A DNA stretch of 63,977 nt, counting the filler, from Folioceros fuciformis (Eukaryota), in the NCBI GenBank assembly GCA_049999805.1. It is 14 parts of 14 records of this genome, joined end to end, with 100 filler letters (N's around TTAATTAATTAA, not from the genome) between each part and the next. Parts side by side here need not be neighbours in the genome. Positions count along the whole stretch, not along the records: positions 54,759 to 60,188 come from JBNGIO010001832.1; positions 60,289 to 61,986 come from JBNGIO010001837.1; positions 62,087 to 63,977 come from JBNGIO010001838.1; 11 more parts are not named here. One strand, written 5' to 3'. The notes below the pieces were generated by a model. That model saw only the letters and a program-made list of their open reading frames with translations, was not told where the DNA came from and made no database searches. Every line of letters starts with the position of its first letter. The first letter of the stretch is position 1. A program made the translations under genes and the position numbers. Shown here piece by piece: positions 59,941 through 63,977 of this stretch.

Positions 59941-60288
59941 TTCAGAAGTGCAATCTACAGTTGCGCTGTTTTTGAAATCTCTTGTTCCCACCAAGGAGTG
60001 CAAACCCGGTGCTGGTTCTCAGCCTGGTGCTGGATTTCAGTGCTGTGCGAGGTGAGATTTGAAGCGGCATTCTACCATAGCCGGGAGTTGTGCGAGTTTG
60101 GTCTCCTGCTCTCAATCGGCGCCCTTGATCAATGTGCCTGTTGGGACAGGCTTCCAGCTGTGCAATCTCTGGCCTTGGTCTCCTGCTCNNNNNNNNNNNN
60201 NNNNNNNNNNNNNNNNNNNNNNNNNNNNNNNNTTAATTAATTAANNNNNNNNNNNNNNNNNNNNNNNNNNNNNNNNNNNNNNNNNNNN

Positions 60289-60847
60289 CAAATCGTGCTG
60301 CCCTCTGTAAGCTCATCGGTCTCCATTGAGACTGTCTCGAAACGCCAAGAACGGATGGGCGTCACTGATGCCAGAGCGGTAATTTAGAAGCTGGGTCCGC
60401 TTCGGCAGTCAAGGTCTGGGGATTCGGCTTCTCAGACCCCTCAAACGCAGCATCAAAGCACTCCTGCCAAAACCTGCTGATCCTGATGTGTGGATCCTTG
60501 AGGTACTTGTCCCAAACCCACCGCACGACCTCAGCTCTTGCCGCCAGCTCCCAACGAGCGAGTCCGGCTGCCTCCCGCTTCCCGGCTCCAGAAATTCTTG
60601 CCTCCCGCTGGTCATCCACCTTATTCATCAGCAACGAGGATAGGGCATCCATCCTGTGATCGACCGGCCTGTCGCTGAAGCGATACATCCCCACGGACCA
60701 TCTAATCGCAATCCCTGCACTTCCAGAGAGAACCGACCACGCCGCCAGGCACAAGATGACAGTCAGGCCCCCTGCCTTGTACCTGTTTTTCCCAACCCAT
60801 TCTCTCGCGGGAGGAGCCACGCTCTCCTTCCCATCCTCCTCCATCAT
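60289..60847 (-). CDS. Putative conserved plant protein of unknown function (possibly a pseudogene)
   Basis: Hydrophobic segment followed by VRWVWDKYLKDPHIRISRFWQECFDAAFE, resembling a recalled uncharacterised plant motif S.FWQE.F.AAYE. Not verified. Confidence 0.35.
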
Positions 60848-61254
60848 GATCCCAAGAGCAATCAATCAACTAATCTACAGCCTCGTACGCCGCAGCTCCC
60901 TGACCAATCCCAGCTCCCCTACATCGCGTAGGCCTAGCAGCTGTGTACCATACTCCTCCTCGCTTGCGCTGCCTGCAAGAACGAGCTTCCAGAACCTTCC
61001 TGGAAGAAGCCTCTCCTCCATCTCCAGAAAACCGCAAAGAAAGGGCCTTCTACCCCCTCTCCAAGAAGAGGCCTGATGCGGCCCTTCCGCCGTTAGGACA
61101 AAATGCTGATGTGCACGGTGTCCCCGCCACCAAGCCCTCCCGAGTTCCGGGAGCCGCCGCTGGCCGCATTTTGGGGTCGTCGTGCTGCCTCTCGTCAACC
61201 TCCCGGCCCAGCAGCCTACGACATGATGGCGCCACCCCAGGAGGGCGAGAGCGG

Positions 61255-61345
61255 GATCCTCCAATTACGGCATTCCATGACACCACATCTCTCACGGCCA
61301 GAGAATCGAACACTTTTCGTGCATCTCCGAAGCTCCCGCATCTGG
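61255..61345 (-). pseudogene. Isolated PLS-PPR motif fragment
   Basis: RCGSFGDARKVFDSLAVRDVVSWNAVIGG with no flanking PPR sequence. Confidence 0.75.
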
Positions 61346-61699
61346 TTGGGTTGCACACCCTTGTCTCGCAAACGTAATCCGCAACCGCAGTGCTGAGCCA
61401 CACTACGGGCTTCCAAAAACGCAATCCTGCCAAACCTCAGATCCCATCTTCCGCCACTATGGCTCAATCCACCTCAGCGTCAGGGGCTGCCATCCGTCAC
61501 CACCTTCTTCGGCAATCACCAACTCCTGCCCTGCACGTCAACAAATTTTACCTCCGCCCTTGCCTCCGTTTATTTTCGAAGAACAAATACAAGCTCAGTC
61601 TCCGAGCGCGCTCCCCTTCATTTCGCCTTTTCCTAACCTTCATCACCGTCTCCACAACAACCGCCTTGTCAATAGGATCGACTCCAGTCTACGTGCAAG

Positions 61700-61986
61700 T
61701 GTAGGAGAGGAGAGGAGAGAAGAGAGGGTGGTATTGGTGATCACAACCATGAAAACAATACACATCACCACTGTCTTACTATGGAGGTCCGAGGTCTCCA
61801 TTTAAGTAGTACATTTAGGGCTACACAACTTCCAGGTTCAATATGGGATAATCTACACTATCTTAAGTTCACTAATAACTAGAACTAGTCTAGTATGAAC
61901 CCAACTGGGTTAACTAACACCACATGAGTTTAGCTCATATAGAGCTCGATAACTCAACACTCCCCCTCGAGCTCAACATAGCATCT
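61700..61986 (-). mobile_element. Copia-type PPT and 3' LTR (61959..~61700)
   Basis: PPT AGGGGGAG followed by TGTTGAG. Shares GTTCAATATGGGATAATCTACACTATC(C/T)TAAGT with the LTR at 10528-10560. Confidence 0.72.
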
Positions 61987-62619
61987 NNNNNNNNNNNNNN
62001 NNNNNNNNNNNNNNNNNNNNNNNNNNNNNNTTAATTAATTAANNNNNNNNNNNNNNNNNNNNNNNNNNNNNNNNNNNNNNNNNNNNAAGATGGGGAAACC
62101 CATCTCTACCCCAACAAGATGAGAAAACCCATCTGTACCCCAACAAGGGGGCCGAAAGTATGCAGCATGCAATGGCAAACCTCATGATACAAGGCAAAAT
62201 GTACAACAACGATAGACCATATAGGGCAAAAAATATCATAGAACTTTTAAACAATTAATTGTAGCAAAAGGATTCTTTCTCCTTTTTACTTAAAAACAAA
62301 ATAGAAAAAACCATAAGACGAGTTCTTGTTATGTAGGGAAATTTTTGTTTGGAATAAAAATAATAAAATCATTGTTTGCTTAGAACTTGTGGAAAGAGAT
62401 ACAAAGATCTAACCATGGTTTGGTTTTATGTTCTATCATGTGCAATTTTGGTACATTCAGTTACTTTTGAAATAATCTCCTTAGTTTGAGAAGAATAAGA
62501 TGAGGAAACCCATCTCTACCCGAAAAGAGGTGAGACAAACCACCAAAGGTGACCGAACCCTCGGGGGCTAGCCCTTGAAGTTGTTGAGTCTAAAGACTAT
62601 CAATAGCACCCCAAGATAT

Positions 62620-63977
62620 CATGGTTAGGGAGGGAAATGGTTTACCTAACCACTAAGGTCGTTGACACTACCTCCCTAACCATTGTCGTCGTCTTGTATA
62701 TGGCAATTACCTTGGAAAAGGCAGCCTTGGCCCGGCTCTCTCCTGCACCCGCTCCTCCAGCCACCACCCTTACTCTTGCTCCTTGGAAGAAGGCTCCAAC
62801 CTAGGTCATTCAGCCTAAGGCCCTCGCTACCACTCTGGTCCCCTTGCTTATCTCGGAGACCTCTGAAGGTAGTCGCGGAGTCGCGTTGGACTCGCCATCC
62901 ATGGCTTCAGCACCCAACTTCCCCGCTACTCGACCTCCGAAACGGAAGGTAGAAGCTCCATCTACTTAGGGACCTAAGCCTAAGTAGAGGCACCTCCCCG
63001 CCATGTCAACCACAGGATGGAGGATCCCGATCCAGAGTGCCCCGCCGCCTACTAGACCGGAGCTAGAAGACTTCAGGACTCCTATAGCACCCACAGGCCC
63101 GGCGCCCAAGACTTGGGAAGAAGCGGACCGCATGGAGTTGGTCTGCTTGGTGGGACAATTGGATTACAACAAGGAGCATGACATCGGACCGTCCAGAGTC
63201 ACGCGGACCAGAAGAAGCGGATAGGTCTTCGTTTGCCCAACCCACCGCCCGCCAGAGTGATTTTACCCTCGGCTCCCAACCGACTCCCACTTCGGCCCGG
63301 GAAGAAGAGTACCGCCGGAGAACCCTTCCTTGTTCAATAGTCCTAGAGGACTTGATTGACAAGGGAATCACGGACCTGGAGCCCATGAGAAGGGAGATTT
63401 GGATGTCCTTTGGGAGGGCTAAGCTACCTCCCAACTACCGATTCTACACCAGAGTTACTTTGGAGGGAGCCACACAGGCGGCCCAAGGGATTGTGGCTAG
63501 TATGGCGGAAGGACTTGCATGGTCCTTTGGATAGGTAGCAGCACGAGAGGGCGAAAATATTGCCCTCTGGTGGAGGACAACTGAGTGGTGGCCACTCAGT
63601 TATCCGCTATGAGGGAGAAGGCACTAGGGCATACCACCGAGCTGCAGGAGGAGTTTGCCAAGTACCAGGAAGAGCGGGATAGATACTTACGGGAGTTAAC
63701 GGACCTAAGGTCCCCAAATTGCTATCCGAACCATGGACCTGGAGAACCAACAATTGGGTGACAGCCATGCTTTCTTCCATGGAGAGGTACTCCGGGTCCT
63801 GACTGAAATAGCGGAGATGGTACTGAAAGGACACACGGGTGAATGAACGGCACCTAGTAGCCCCGACCATCCCCGTCGTCGTACCTTCCTCACCGAACCT
63901 CCAACTGCTAGTTCAGTCACCCCAAGCCGGTTCTGCCAACCTACCCATTGCGATTGGAGGAGCAGAATCCTCACCGG
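62620..63977 (+). mobile_element. Decayed ORF-bearing repeat, probably retrotransposon-derived
   Basis: Pro-rich and then helical ORF pieces broken by TAG stops; no diagnostic motif found. Confidence 0.3.

Noticed and set aside
1843-62086. Recurring TTAATTAATTAA palindrome flanked by Ns, and ORFs ending in X...LIN
   Set aside because: Artificial contig linker. Gene neighbourhoods across these spacers have no biological meaning.
62621-62683. 13-bp inverted repeat ATGGTTAGGGAGG / CCTCCCTAACCAT
   Set aside because: Short and isolated inside decayed repeat DNA; no function can be supported.

Overview
This is eukaryotic nuclear DNA from a non-seed land plant, most likely a hornwort. That is an inference from the DYW:KP-type PPR genes, an HSPA12-like gene, short introns and very compact gene spacing. 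The window is not contiguous: it is 14 unlinked contigs joined by 13 artificial 100-nt spacers (N44-TTAATTAATTAA-N44). Genes recognised: an At5g11700-like secreted protein (partial), an alpha/beta hydrolase, an F-box protein, kish/TMEM167, a DOG1-domain fragment, an NPF/PTR transporter, an HSPA12-like Hsp70, SEC23, LACS8/9, and a cluster of three PLS-PPR DYW:KP genes (one intact, two pseudogenes). The rest is mostly decayed Ty1/Copia, LINE, CRE-like and CACTA elements plus tandem and inverted repeats. The most notable observations are: (1) the DYW:KP (U-to-C editing type) cluster in three stages of decay; (2) a 35-bp minisatellite derived from the Copia RNase H DADWAGD motif; (3) a tandem array derived from 18S rDNA; (4) a CRE-clade retrotransposon remnant; (5) a Copia element with an antisense ORF ending in a CxxC pair; (6) a 42-bp coding repeat inside the HSPA12-like gene. 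There is no CRISPR array or prokaryotic system, and I cannot support a wholly new multi-gene system from this sequence. All family assignments come from motif recognition; no database search was run.
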